From: Hyphomicrobiaceae bacterium
GTDB lineage: Bacteria; Pseudomonadota; Alphaproteobacteria; Rhizobiales; Hyphomicrobiaceae
Direction: 5' to 3'
Assembly (NCBI GenBank): GCA_033764055.1
Contig: JANRJI010000129.1
Location: 4,574 to 68,573 of the forward strand
Length of the DNA: 64,000 nucleotides
In this document: piece by piece, positions 43,896 to 53,310 of the stretch
Position numbering within the stretch: the first letter of the stretch is position 1
Layout of the letters: every line of letters starts with the position of its first letter
Program-made: the position numbers and the translations under genes
The notes under the pieces: model-generated
What the model saw: only the letters and a program-made list of their open reading frames with translations
What the model was told of the DNA's origin: nothing
Databases searched by the model: none

Positions 43896-45080
43896 ATGAC
43901 GACGCACGGCTCGACCGCGCCAGTGGCTATCGATTCGCCCGTCGCCTGGCGGATGGTGGCCGTGGCCTTCATGTCCGGCTTCGTCGTGTTCGGGGTCGTC
44001 TACAGCTTCGGCGTGTTCCTGCAGCCGTTGATGAACGACCTCGGCGCCGGACGTTCCGCCACCTCCGCGCTCTATGCGATATCGAGCACCGTGTTCTACT
44101 TCCTCGGACCTGCCACCGGTCGCATCGGTGATCGCATCGGACCCAGGTTGGTGACCGCGGCAGGTGCCGTCGCCATGACGGCCGGCCTCCTCACAACGGC
44201 TTTCGTCGACGACATCCGCATGGCCTACGTCACCTATGGCCTGGGCGTCGGATCGGGCGCGGCGTTGGCCTACATCCCGGCGTTCTCCAACCTGGGCGGT
44301 TGGTTTCAGCGGGCTCGGACGCGCGCGCTCGGCATCGCGGCCGCCGGCACCGGCTGCGGCATGCTGCTGGTGCCTCCCCTCAGCGCCATGCTGATCGCCA
44401 GCATGGGGTGGCGGACTGCAATGGTGGCTCTCGGGGCAGGCAGCGGGCTGCTGCTGGCCGGTTGCGCGATGGCGGTAAGGCCCGCGCCGGCCGCGCCACC
44501 CTCGCCCTCCGACTGGACGCTTGGGGCCGCATTGCGCTCGTCGAGCTTCCTGCAACTCTACGTGTCGTGGGTGCTCGCCACGATGGCGCTGTTCGTGCCG
44601 CTGGTGTTCCTGCCGGCGTTCGCAGTCGAAGGCGGCGCGGATCCGGTGGCCGCGTCGTGGCTGATCTCCATCATCGGTGGGGCGAGTGTCGTCGGCCGCG
44701 TGGCGAGCGGCTACACGGGCACCCCGGATACGTTAGGGCTCTACAAGGTGGCGGTGATGGCGATGGGGGCGAGCTACGTGATCTGGCTCGCCCTGCCCGC
44801 CTACCATTGGCTGGTCGTGTTCGCTGCCATGCTGGGGGTGGCGTATGGCGTGCGCATCGCGCTGGTGGCGCCGGTGCTGATCCAGTTGTTCGGTGCAAGG
44901 GATCTCGGGGCGCTGCTCGGCTTCTTCTTCACGGCGACCGGCCTCGCGGGCTTGCTCGGCCCGCTGCTCGCGGGCCTTGCAGTGGACCTGTCGGGCAGCC
45001 ATGCCGGGGGAATCGTGGCGGCGATCTGCCTCGGCGGGCTTGGCTACGCCGCCATTGCAACCTTGAAGCCAACGGCATGA
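43896..45080 (+). CDS. MFS transporter
   Basis: 394 aa, about 12 TM helices; the loop motif GRIGDRIGPR between TM2/3 is typical of MFS. Confidence 0.85.
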   Translation: MTTHGSTAPVAIDSPVAWRMVAVAFMSGFVVFGVVYSFGVFLQPLMNDLGAGRSATSALYAISSTVFYFLGPATGRIGDRIGPRLVTAAGAVAMTAGLLTTAFVDDIRMAYVTYGLGVGSGAALAYIPAFSNLGGWFQRARTRALGIAAAGTGCGMLLVPPLSAMLIASMGWRTAMVALGAGSGLLLAGCAMAVRPAPAAPPSPSDWTLGAALRSSSFLQLYVSWVLATMALFVPLVFLPAFAVEGGADPVAASWLISIIGGASVVGRVASGYTGTPDTLGLYKVAVMAMGASYVIWLALPAYHWLVVFAAMLGVAYGVRIALVAPVLIQLFGARDLGALLGFFFTATGLAGLLGPLLAGLAVDLSGSHAGGIVAAICLGGLGYAAIATLKPTA

Positions 45081-46015
45081 GCGATCCGGCTACTGCGAGC
45101 GGGCGGCGCCCCGGCAGCGCGCTCCCAAACCGGACGATGCTCGCGCTCGCGCCGGTCCTGTTCGTGTTGCTCTGGTCGAGCGGCTTCGTCGCCGCCGCGC
45201 TGGCGGTCCCGTTCGCCGAGCCCTGCACGTTCCTTTTCCTCCGCTTTGGAATCGTGGTGGCGGTTGCCGGGCCGCTCGCCCTCCTCTCGAAAGCGACATG
45301 GGAAAACGGCAGGGGGCTCGCGCATGCCATCGTCGCGGGCGGGCTGATGCAGGGGCTCTACCTCAGCTGCGTGGTATGGAGCATATACCTCGGCATGCCG
45401 GCGGGAGTGGTGGCCCTCACGGTGAGCCTGCACCCGATCACGACGGCGGTGCTGGCCCGGCTGGTGCTCGGTGAGCGCATCTCGTGGCTCGGCTGGATCG
45501 GCTTCGTCCTGGGTGTGGCCGGAGCGGCACTGGTGCTGTGGCCGAAGCTAGACCTCGCAGCGAGCGGCGTCCGTCCGGCGACCATTGCGCTCTGTCTGCT
45601 GGCGCTGCCGTGCATGTCGTGTGGCACGATCTATCAGAAGCGATACGCGACCGGGACCGGTGCCGTCGCGAGCACGGCCGCGCAGCACGTCGGCGCGCTT
45701 CTGGTTGTCGGCGCTGGGGCCACGCTGCTCGAGGTGCGCTCCGTCGACTGGACGCCGGTGATGATCGGCGCACTCCTGTGGCAAGCTGTGGCGGTTTCGT
45801 TCGGCGCGGTCGGACTGCTGCTGATGATGCTTCGGGCGCAGGCGGCGTCGAGGGCTGCCTCGGTGTTCTACCTGATCCCGGCGGGCTCCGCGGCCATGAC
45901 CTGGGCCCTTCTGGGCGAAAGCCTCGAGCCGGTGCAGCTGGCGGGCGTGCTGACCGTGACAGCTGCGGTTTTCCTGATCGGCTCTCAGCATCGCAGCCGA
46001 TGGGACGCTCACTGA
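45077..46015 (+). CDS. DMT superfamily (EamA-like) transporter
   Basis: ATG 45077 overlaps the MFS stop (ATGA). MSDPATASGRRPGSALPNRTMLALAPVLFVLLWSSGFV...; 10-TM pattern. Lies in the frame of track ORF 44300..46015. Confidence 0.8.
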   Translation: MSDPATASGRRPGSALPNRTMLALAPVLFVLLWSSGFVAAALAVPFAEPCTFLFLRFGIVVAVAGPLALLSKATWENGRGLAHAIVAGGLMQGLYLSCVVWSIYLGMPAGVVALTVSLHPITTAVLARLVLGERISWLGWIGFVLGVAGAALVLWPKLDLAASGVRPATIALCLLALPCMSCGTIYQKRYATGTGAVASTAAQHVGALLVVGAGATLLEVRSVDWTPVMIGALLWQAVAVSFGAVGLLLMMLRAQAASRAASVFYLIPAGSAAMTWALLGESLEPVQLAGVLTVTAAVFLIGSQHRSRWDAH

Positions 46016-46306
46016 AATAGCGGCTTCGAGCCGGACCCAGCCGCAAGAGCGGTGCGATGCCGGGTCTCGGACCCGCAGGGTAAATCAATTCTGGTGTGTA
46101 GGCCTCGGAGCGCACGCGGCGCGTGCGGCGCGTGGAGTCTTCCGGGGCGCCGTACCCTCGATGGTTGTCGTGACTGGAATGACCTCGCCCGGACGTGGAC
46201 TTTGGCGAGGGCGTCGGCTGCCCGACCCAATTTTCGACACCTTGACACCCGAGTAAGTCCGGGGCGTTGTCGCGCCATCCATCCTCTTTCGACCACGAGG
46301 CAACCG

Positions 46307-47653
46307 GTGCCCACCCGTCGCGATGCTCTGCGCCTAACCCTCGGGGCCGCCCTGGCACCGCATCTGCTTCTGCCCGGCGTCGGGGTTGCGCAGGGACGGC
46401 CGCCGGCCGGGGGCGGGCCGCTGCAGGTCGACGTTGACCAGGCCAATCTGCGGCCGCGCCCCATCGCGGTGCCCGCATTCCTCTCGGAGGACCCCCAGCT
46501 CGGCCAGGAGATCGCAGCCATCGTCGCCAGCGATCTGAAGAGCTCGGGCCTGTTCGAGCCGCTCGATCCGCGCTCGTTCATCGAGCGCATCACGGACACC
46601 AATGCGGCACCCCGCTCGGCCGACTGGCGCTCGATCGGCGCCGAGGCGCTGGTGGTAGGGCGGGTCGGGCAGGCGGCCGAGGGGCGACTGAAGGCCGAGT
46701 TCCGTCTCTGGGACGTGGTGCTCGGCAAGCAACTCACCGGCCAGCAGCTCGCCACCGCCTCGCAGAGCTGGCGACGGCTCGGGCACATCATTGCCGATCA
46801 GGTGTGGGAGAAGTTGACCCTCGAGAAGGGCTACTTCGACACGCGGATCGTATTCATCGACGAGACGGGGCCCAAGCAGAAGCGCATCAAGCGGCTGGCG
46901 ATCATGGACCAGGACGGCGCCAACGTGCGGATGCTCAGCAACGGCCAGGAGCTGGTGCTGACGCCGCGTTTCAGCCCGACCAGCCTCGAGATCACGTACA
47001 TGACCTACACGAGCGGGGAGCCGCGCGTGGTGCTCATGAACATCGAGACGGGGCAACGCCAGATCGTCGGCGACTTCCCGGGCATGACGTTCGCTCCCCG
47101 ATTCTCTCCTGACGGACAGAGAATCGTCATGAGCCAGGGTGAGCGCGGCGTCACCGGATTGGTCGAGATGGACCTGAGGAGCCGGCAGATGCGCCGCCTC
47201 ACGGATCTGCGCTCCATCGATACCGGGCCTTGCTATGCCCCCGACGGTCGCCAGATCGTGTTCGAGTCGGACCGCGAAGGTACCCAGCAGCTCTACGTGA
47301 TCAGCCCGGATGGTGGCGGCGTGCGACGCATCAGCGTCGGCGAGGGGCGCTACTCGACGCCGGTCTGGTCGCCGCGCGGCGACTACATCGCGTTCACGAA
47401 GCAGGTGTCAGGACGATTCCTGATCGGTGTGATGCGAACGGACGGCACCGGCGAGCGCGTGATCACCGAGGGCTACCACAACGAAGGGCCAACGTGGGCC
47501 CCCAATGGCCGATTCCTGATGTTTTTCAGGGAGCAGGCCGGTGCCTCGGGCGGCCCGCGCCTGTACGCCATCGACATCACCGGGCACAATGAGCGTCAAG
47601 TGCGGACGCCCTCGTTCGCGTCCGATCCGGCCTGGTCTCCGCTCCTGCGCTAG
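46307..47653 (+). CDS. tolB: Tol-Pal system beta-propeller protein TolB
   Basis: GTG 46307 after ACGAGG ([30 protein letters not shown] signal). N-domain [10 protein letters not shown]...[14 protein letters not shown], then propeller repeats ([31 protein letters not shown]). The upstream part of track ORF 46052..47653 has no ATG and looks non-coding. Confidence 0.9.
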   Translation: MPTRRDALRLTLGAALAPHLLLPGVGVAQGRPPAGGGPLQVDVDQANLRPRPIAVPAFLSEDPQLGQEIAAIVASDLKSSGLFEPLDPRSFIERITDTNAAPRSADWRSIGAEALVVGRVGQAAEGRLKAEFRLWDVVLGKQLTGQQLATASQSWRRLGHIIADQVWEKLTLEKGYFDTRIVFIDETGPKQKRIKRLAIMDQDGANVRMLSNGQELVLTPRFSPTSLEITYMTYTSGEPRVVLMNIETGQRQIVGDFPGMTFAPRFSPDGQRIVMSQGERGVTGLVEMDLRSRQMRRLTDLRSIDTGPCYAPDGRQIVFESDREGTQQLYVISPDGGGVRRISVGEGRYSTPVWSPRGDYIAFTKQVSGRFLIGVMRTDGTGERVITEGYHNEGPTWAPNGRFLMFFREQAGASGGPRLYAIDITGHNERQVRTPSFASDPAWSPLLR

Positions 47654-47928
47654 CGGCTCGCGACGGCACGCTTCTTAACCTCTCGTTCACGGGTAGGCCG
47701 TAGCTTCGAGGCCAACGGGAACGCGCATCACCTGCTCGGGTCCGCTTGTCGCCGGAGCCGGAGCCGGAAGGCTGCGATTTCGGAGCGTGTCATGGAGGTT
47801 ATCCTGTCGTGGTATTTTCGCATCGCGATCGGTGGAAAAGCGTTGGAGAAGGTCCACGGTTCTTGATCTGCAGAGGTCACACAGGTACCCCAGTTGAGCG
47901 ATTGCCGAACTAGCTCTAGGAGAGAGAA

Positions 47929-48063
47929 ATGAAGTCTGTAAAGGGTGCGATCGTCCTGGTGACGATCCTTGCTACGGTCGCCGTTGCTGCTTGCCGTCGC
48001 GAGGAGCACCACGAGTCGATGAAGCTGGGCGGTCCGGTCGCGGCTGTCGAGCAGGCCCGCTAA
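47929..48063 (+). CDS. tiny lipoprotein (44 aa), paralog 1
   Basis: Not in the track (<60 aa). AGGAGAGAGAA directly before the ATG. MKSVKGAIVLVTILATVAVAAC|RREEHHESMKLGGPVAAVEQAR: basic n-region, hydrophobic core, lipobox V-A-A-C. TAA at 48061. Confidence 0.6.
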   Translation: MKSVKGAIVLVTILATVAVAACRREEHHESMKLGGPVAAVEQAR

Positions 48064-48100
48064 CGCGTGCACGCTCCCAACGGAGCAAAAGGAGAAGACA

Positions 48101-48229
48101 ATGAAAGGCGCTATCGTCCTTGCAACGGTCCTTGCCGTCGTGGCCCTCGGGGCATGCCGCAAGGAGGTTGAACACGAGTCCATGAAGCTCGGTGCGGACA
48201 CCGCTGTGCAAACGCAGGCGGCTCGCTAA
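48101..48229 (+). CDS. tiny lipoprotein (42 aa), paralog 2
   Basis: Not in the track. AAAGGAGAAGACA before the ATG. MKGAIVLATVLAVVALGAC|RKEVEHESMKLGADTAVQTQAAR: lipobox L-G-A-C. Shares CR[RK]E.[HE]HESMKLG with paralog 1. Confidence 0.6.
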   Translation: MKGAIVLATVLAVVALGACRKEVEHESMKLGADTAVQTQAAR

Positions 48230-48286
48230 AGCTTCCCGCGTGCAAGAGTACGGCGACGGAATCCTGTCGCAAGCGTCTGAGTTGTT

Positions 48287-48317
48287 GAAGCCGCCTGGTG
48301 GATCACCGGGCGGCTTC
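48287..48317 (+). terminator. terminator-like hairpin after the tiny lipoprotein pair
   Basis: GAAGCCGCC-(13 nt, partly self-paired)-GGCGGCTTC, followed by GTCGTCC (no T tract). Confidence 0.35.
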
Positions 48318-48555
48318 GTCGTCCGGGGGCCATCGCCTGCCCCAGCCGCGGCCTGTGGCCCCGAAGCTGATTCCGTTCCGGAAAGCTGGGGAGTGACTTC
48401 CGCCGCAGCTTGTGTGTTGCGCTCATTCCTGCCAGACCGGGTTTTGGCCAAGCCGTGGCCACATTTTTGTACGCTGCGACCGCTATGAGGGTGTGGACGG
48501 TCGCGCGGGACCGGCGAGGGGCGAAGCTCCCGGCCGACTCGACAAGGGGGTTAGC

Positions 48556-49080
48556 ATGATGAACAGCAAGACTGCGGGCACGCTGACCCGGCTCTTCCTC
48601 GCCGCGACGGTCGCATTGGTGCTGAGTGCATGCGCCAATCAGCCGAAGGTAGACGATGTGCGGCTCGGGCCCGGTGGTCTCGGCAGCGGACGGGGCAACG
48701 CGAAGCCCGGCACGGCGCAGGATTTCAGCCAGAACGTGGGCGACATCGTCTATTTCTCCACCGACCAGACGGATCTGTCGCCCGAGGCGCAGCAGACGCT
48801 CGCCAATCAGGCGCGATGGCTGCAGCAGTACTCACAGTACACGATCACCATCGAGGGCCATGCCGACGAGCGCGGCACGCGCGAGTATAATATCGGTCTT
48901 GGCGCCAAGCGTGCCGAATCGGTGAAGGCGTTCCTGGCCCGCAACGGCATCACGGGTGGGCGCATCCGCACGATCTCCTACGGCAAGGAGAGGCCGGTTG
49001 CGGTGTGCAATGACATCTCATGCTGGTCGCAGAATCGCCGAGCCCAGACGGTGCTCAACACGCGGGGCGCCGGCTCCTGA
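48556..49080 (+). CDS. pal: peptidoglycan-associated lipoprotein Pal
   Basis: ATG 48556 after AAGGGGG. Lipobox LVLSAC. OmpA-C domain (VYFSTDQTDLSPEAQQTLANQARWLQQY..., IEGHADERGTREYNIGLGAKRAESV). Confidence 0.95.
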   Translation: MMNSKTAGTLTRLFLAATVALVLSACANQPKVDDVRLGPGGLGSGRGNAKPGTAQDFSQNVGDIVYFSTDQTDLSPEAQQTLANQARWLQQYSQYTITIEGHADERGTREYNIGLGAKRAESVKAFLARNGITGGRIRTISYGKERPVAVCNDISCWSQNRRAQTVLNTRGAGS

Positions 49081-49124
49081 CCTGATCGACATTCGACGGC
49101 CCTCGCGCCCCCGATCGCTACCTG

Positions 49125-49146
49125 ACGGCCGGCTCCAGCCGGCCGT
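49125..49146 (+). terminator. terminator-like hairpin after pal
   Basis: ACGGCCGGC-TCCA-GCCGGCCGT, followed by TCGCGTGTCT. Confidence 0.35.
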
Positions 49147-49237
49147 TCGCGTGTCTGGCCTGCGGAAACGTGCAGGCGTTCCTGGAAGCGCCATCGGAGA
49201 CACCAGAAGCCAACAAAAATGCGCCCCAATGTTCTGC

Positions 49238-49253
49238 GAATGAACAATCATTC
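49238..49253. promoter_or_regulatory. AT-rich palindrome GAATGA-ACAA-TCATTC upstream of the OmpA-like gene
   Basis: Perfect 6+6 inverted repeat about 100 nt upstream of the ATG at 49357, in an otherwise GC-rich spacer. No known box matched exactly. Confidence 0.2.
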
Positions 49254-49356
49254 ACTCCAGCGGCGGGCGGGGCACATGGCGTTCGAGATCTCCAGGCAGG
49301 GACGATTGCCGGCCCCCGCAGCGGTGGGATCCGATTCAAGGCCCGCCCTGTCGTCG

Positions 49357-50238
49357 ATGCGACGGATCGTCGGCGGCGCGATCGTCTCGGCGACGCTGGC
49401 ATTGTCAGCGTCGGTGGTGCTCGCGCAGTCACGGGAAATCCATCTCGGCACCGTCACCACCCGCGGAACTGCCGACTACGACGCCGCCCGCGCCGCCGCC
49501 GAAATGCTGGCCGACGCCCTGATCGCGCTCGAGCAGGGTGACGTGATGCTGGGTCGGCGACGTCTCGAGGTTCTGGTCGAGCGCTATCCCCATTCTCTGG
49601 CGGCATCGTCTGCCCGACGGGAGCTCGGGCGAATTTACAATGACCAGTCGGTTGCCTCGACCTATCGCGGTGGTCAGGCGCCCGCGCGCGAGCCTGTGGC
49701 TCCTGGCGTGCGGATCGAGCCCCCGGTGCGCACGATCGAGGCCAGCATCGAGTCCAGTGCCCAGACTCGGCAGCCGACGGACTACAGGCGCCAGCAGGCA
49801 CTGGCTCATGATTTTCAGACGACAGCAGGCGATCGCGTGTTTTTCGCGGATTCGAGCACCGATCTCGGCGCCCGGGCGCGGACCGTGCTGGTGGCCCAGG
49901 CACGTTGGCTCTCACGACACGCAGACCAGCCGGTGGCCATCGAGGCGCATGCTGACGACCGGGGAAGCCGGGAGCTCAACGTCGAGCTCGCCCAGCGGCG
50001 GGGCGCAGCCGTCCGCGACCGGCTCATCGAGGAAGGCGTGGCCCCCTCCCGGATCACCGTTCGTGCTTACGGGAATGACCAGCCGATCGCGACATGCAGT
50101 GCCCCGGAGTGTGCGGCGCAGAACCGGCGGGTCGTAACCAGCATCGGCCTCGACCACGACATTGGGGAGGAGGCTCGCGACCGGGCCAGGCCCTCCCTCG
50201 CGACGGCCGGACGCGGCCGGATCGGGTCCTCTGACTGA
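49357..50238 (+). CDS. periplasmic protein with TPR/YbgF-like N-region and OmpA-C (peptidoglycan-binding) domain
   Basis: ATG 49357 gives a signal peptide (MRRIVGGAIVSATLALSASVVLAQS); an alternative ATG is at 49276. C-terminal FFADSSTDLGARARTVLVAQARWL..., IEAHADDRGSRELNVELAQRRGAAV is paralogous to Pal. Confidence 0.8.
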   Translation: MRRIVGGAIVSATLALSASVVLAQSREIHLGTVTTRGTADYDAARAAAEMLADALIALEQGDVMLGRRRLEVLVERYPHSLAASSARRELGRIYNDQSVASTYRGGQAPAREPVAPGVRIEPPVRTIEASIESSAQTRQPTDYRRQQALAHDFQTTAGDRVFFADSSTDLGARARTVLVAQARWLSRHADQPVAIEAHADDRGSRELNVELAQRRGAAVRDRLIEEGVAPSRITVRAYGNDQPIATCSAPECAAQNRRVVTSIGLDHDIGEEARDRARPSLATAGRGRIGSSD

Positions 50239-50409
50239 CTGCACAGCTCGTGAAAGGCGTCGCCGGCGGGCACGATTGACAAGGCCCCGGCGAGATGGGC
50301 AGTTGACCTAGTCCCCGTGGCGCGTAGCGCCGTTCCTCGAGGCTGGTGTCGCTGAATGGCAGCGAAGTCCGCCAGCCGAATGAGCCGGACCCGAGCCAGA
50401 GAGCATTCG

Positions 50410-51471
50410 ATGGGCATGCACCGATACCGATTGGCGGCACTTGTGCTTGGCGGCGTGCTTTGCCTGCCGGAGCCGGCTGCGGCGCAACAGCCTCAGCCGC
50501 AAGCGAAGGGCACCCCGGCCCGACCGCCGGCCAAGGCGGCTGCGGCGCCCGCCAAGGAAGCGCAGCGGGCCGAGGGGCAGAGCGACCCGGCTTTGCGGGG
50601 GCGCGTCGAGCAGATCGAGGAGCAACTCGCCGACATGCAGGTTGTGATCGGCACGCTCGAATCCCTCGGCCGCGGGGGGCAGGCGGGCGCCGTTGCGGCC
50701 GGCCCCGGTCGGCCGTCCGGCGGTGGTGGCGTCGATAGCGCGCGCATCGACAGCCTCGAGACCCAGATCCGTGCTCTTTCGAGCCAGCTCGAGCAACTGG
50801 CGGCACAGGTCCGCCAGCTGTCGGGAAGTCGCCGGAGCGACGCAGCTCCGGCGGTGGCACCCGGCATGGGCGGTCTCGGTGGGGTGCCCGGCGCCGCGAC
50901 GCCTCCGTTCGAGCGGTCCACCATTGCGGCTCCCTCCTCGGCAGGCGGGACCGTCCCCGGGTTCGGCTCGACGACCGTGACGCCCGGCGAGCGGCCGGAC
51001 CCCATCGGCCGTATCCTGGGCGGCGACGACGCCCCGCAACCTGCATCCGCAGCGCCTGGGGCGACGCGCTTGCCGCCGTCTGCCACCGGGGCTGCCAACC
51101 CGCGCGAGCTCTACGAGACCGCCTACGGCTATCTTCTGCAGCAGGACTACGGCGCCGCCGAGGTCGCGTTCGAGGAGTTTCTGAGCCGCTTCTCCAACGA
51201 CAGGCTCGCAGCCGATGCCCAATACTGGCTTGGCGAGACGCTCTACGTGCAGCGCCGCTACAAGCAGGCGGGACAGGCCTTCCTCGTGGTGATCGAGAAG
51301 CACAAGGCGAGTGCCAAGGTGCCAAACAGCCTGCTGAAGCTCGCCCAATCGCTCGAGCAACTCGGTCAGAAGGATTGCGGCATCTTCGTCGAGCTGGAGA
51401 CGCGCCACGCCAACGCCCCTGCGGACGTGCGGGTGAAGGCACGCGCCATGAAGCAGCGACAGGGCTGCTGA
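50410..51471 (+). CDS. cpoB: cell-division coordinator CpoB (YbgF), Tol-Pal associated
   Basis: ATG 50410/50416 (MGMHRYRLAALVLGGVLCLPEPAAAQ signal). Coiled segment, Pro/Gly-rich linker, then C-terminal TPR block YETAYGYLLQQDYGAAEVAFEEFLSRFSNDRLAADAQYWLGETLY. Confidence 0.9.
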   Translation: MGMHRYRLAALVLGGVLCLPEPAAAQQPQPQAKGTPARPPAKAAAAPAKEAQRAEGQSDPALRGRVEQIEEQLADMQVVIGTLESLGRGGQAGAVAAGPGRPSGGGGVDSARIDSLETQIRALSSQLEQLAAQVRQLSGSRRSDAAPAVAPGMGGLGGVPGAATPPFERSTIAAPSSAGGTVPGFGSTTVTPGERPDPIGRILGGDDAPQPASAAPGATRLPPSATGAANPRELYETAYGYLLQQDYGAAEVAFEEFLSRFSNDRLAADAQYWLGETLYVQRRYKQAGQAFLVVIEKHKASAKVPNSLLKLAQSLEQLGQKDCGIFVELETRHANAPADVRVKARAMKQRQGC

Positions 51472-51481
51472 GGCCGGTCGG

Positions 51482-53215
51482 ATGGGCTCGCTGTCCGGCG
51501 CCGACGAGCCGATTGGCGACGATGAGCTGGGCGGACTGTTCCGGTTGCTCGACGGGCGACGGATCGCGCTGGCGGTGTCAGGTGGCGTCGACAGCATGGC
51601 GCTCATGCACCTTGTGGCCCGCTGGCTTGCGACACCGTCGGGGCACGAATGGCTGTCTGATCACCACCGCGCGACGCTGTTCGGCGATCCCCAGCCCAGG
51701 CGCCAGCCCGGGCTTCCACGTCGACGGCCCCGCGGGCTCGAGCCGGCACAGTGGCTGGGCGGAGCCAAATCGGCCGCGGAGCTCGAGGTCGCGCTGAAGG
51801 CGGCACCCGTGGTGGTGCTCACGGTGGATCACGGGCTTCGCGAGGCCTCGGCGCGTGAGGCCGAGCTCGTGAAATCGGCGGCATTGCAACTGGGCTTCGC
51901 GCATCAGACCCTGGTCTGGCGGCACGACGGGGACCGATCCGAGCAGCCATGCGGCGCCCAGGCTGCCGGGCCCCCTTCGAGCGGCATACAGGAGAAAGCC
52001 CGTCGCGCACGCTACGGCCTCATGGCCGATTGCATTGAGCACGAGACCTGGACCCTGTCCCAGGCCGGTGAGCTGCGCAGCCATCCGCTGTCTCCCGGTC
52101 ACGCGAAGCGCACCATCGTCACGGCGCACCACCGCGACGACCTGGTGGAAACCTTCCTGATGCGACTGAAGCGGGGCTCCGGAATCGACGGCCTCTCGGC
52201 CATCCGCTCGATCGAGACGGTCCGCCGCAGTCCGAGCCCCGATCGCCCCTACCCGACCGAGATCGACCTGTGTCGGCCCCTGCTCGACATTCCGAGGACA
52301 CGGTTGCTGGCAACGGCGAGAGCCTGGGCCATCGACTGGTGCGAGGACCCTTCGAACGACATCGAGGAGTTCGAGCGGGTGCGGCTGCGCCGCGACATGA
52401 CGAGCCTCGAAGCCCTCGGCTACGGGCAATGCGCGTTGCATCTGTCTGTCCGGCGGCTGCAGAAGGCCCGTGAGATCGTGGAGCGGCATCAGGCCGAGCG
52501 GCTCGCGCGATGGATGGACAGTCCGAGCCTGGTCGAGACGAACGCGGGCCTTTTCGCCTCCATCGACCCGAGCGGTGCCGGCATCTCCTGGTCCGAGCTG
52601 TTGTCGCCGGCCGGTGGCAATGATGCCGAGATCATGCTTCGCATCCTGCGGCAGTTGATGCAGTCGTTCGGAGGGCAGCCGGTCCCGCCCGGCCTGTCGC
52701 AGATCGAGGCGCTCCGTTGCCAGCTGAGTCGGGTGAGCGGGGCTGGCGGGCTTCCGGGCTCGCGCTTTGCTCAGACGCTGGGCGGCTGTCGCATCGACTT
52801 CTGGTTGCCGAGTCGTCCGGCTGCGTCGGGCCGCATCCGCGTCTGGCGCGAGACCGGCCGCAAGGGCCTGCCCGAGATTGTCCTAGAGCCGGGCGACGGT
52901 GGTTGGTGGGACAACCGCTTTGCCGTCTCGATCTCGGCGGAGGCGCCGCATCCGGTCGCCGTGCGCGCGCTTGGCATGGCGGGGTGGGCCGAGCTCAAGC
53001 GCCGTGTCCCCGCTCTCGCCTCATGGCGTTGCATCCCACCGGGCGCCGCTGCAACTCTACCAGCGATCTGGGATGCGGAGCGGCTTGTCGCAGTGCCCTA
53101 TTTCGAGACGCTGCCACGCTCGCTCGCCCCTTGGCTCCGGCACAAGATCGAGCATGACTGGGAATCCATGAGCGGGTTGACCGGCTCGCTCTATCGTGCA
53201 GCTTTCAGCCCGTGA
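51482..53215 (+). CDS. tilS: tRNA(Ile)-lysidine synthetase
   Basis: PP-loop IALAVSGGVDSMALMHL. Later IVTAHHRDDLVETFLMRLKRGSGIDGL. 577 aa, i.e. long for the family. Confidence 0.9.
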   Translation: MGSLSGADEPIGDDELGGLFRLLDGRRIALAVSGGVDSMALMHLVARWLATPSGHEWLSDHHRATLFGDPQPRRQPGLPRRRPRGLEPAQWLGGAKSAAELEVALKAAPVVVLTVDHGLREASAREAELVKSAALQLGFAHQTLVWRHDGDRSEQPCGAQAAGPPSSGIQEKARRARYGLMADCIEHETWTLSQAGELRSHPLSPGHAKRTIVTAHHRDDLVETFLMRLKRGSGIDGLSAIRSIETVRRSPSPDRPYPTEIDLCRPLLDIPRTRLLATARAWAIDWCEDPSNDIEEFERVRLRRDMTSLEALGYGQCALHLSVRRLQKAREIVERHQAERLARWMDSPSLVETNAGLFASIDPSGAGISWSELLSPAGGNDAEIMLRILRQLMQSFGGQPVPPGLSQIEALRCQLSRVSGAGGLPGSRFAQTLGGCRIDFWLPSRPAASGRIRVWRETGRKGLPEIVLEPGDGGWWDNRFAVSISAEAPHPVAVRALGMAGWAELKRRVPALASWRCIPPGAAATLPAIWDAERLVAVPYFETLPRSLAPWLRHKIEHDWESMSGLTGSLYRAAFSP

Positions 53216-53310
53216 CACCTGCATGACCCGGCCGAAATCCTGGCACGGCGGCGACCACGGAAGCGAGCCGGACGCCGGCCGCCCGGGTATCGAACATATC
53301 CATGCCTTAA

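Noticed and set aside
47792-47866. 24-codon ORF (MEVILSWYFRIAIGGKALEKVHGS) with a CGGAG upstream, just before the tiny lipoprotein genes.
   Set aside because: No signal peptide or motif, poor codon bias, and too short to distinguish from chance. Kept only as a note.
47929-48229. Homology of the tandem tiny lipoproteins to entericidin A/B.
   Set aside because: Only the architecture (two adjacent ~45-aa lipoproteins) is similar. The mature peptides lack the entericidin Gly-rich motif as I remember it, so no homology is claimed.
49238-49253. GAATGAACAATCATTC as a Fur/Irr/RirA iron box.
   Set aside because: It resembles the Fur core AATGATAATCATT but is out of register by one base, and it does not fit the Irr (ICE) or RirA (TGA-N9-TCA) consensus. 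Left as an unassigned palindrome.
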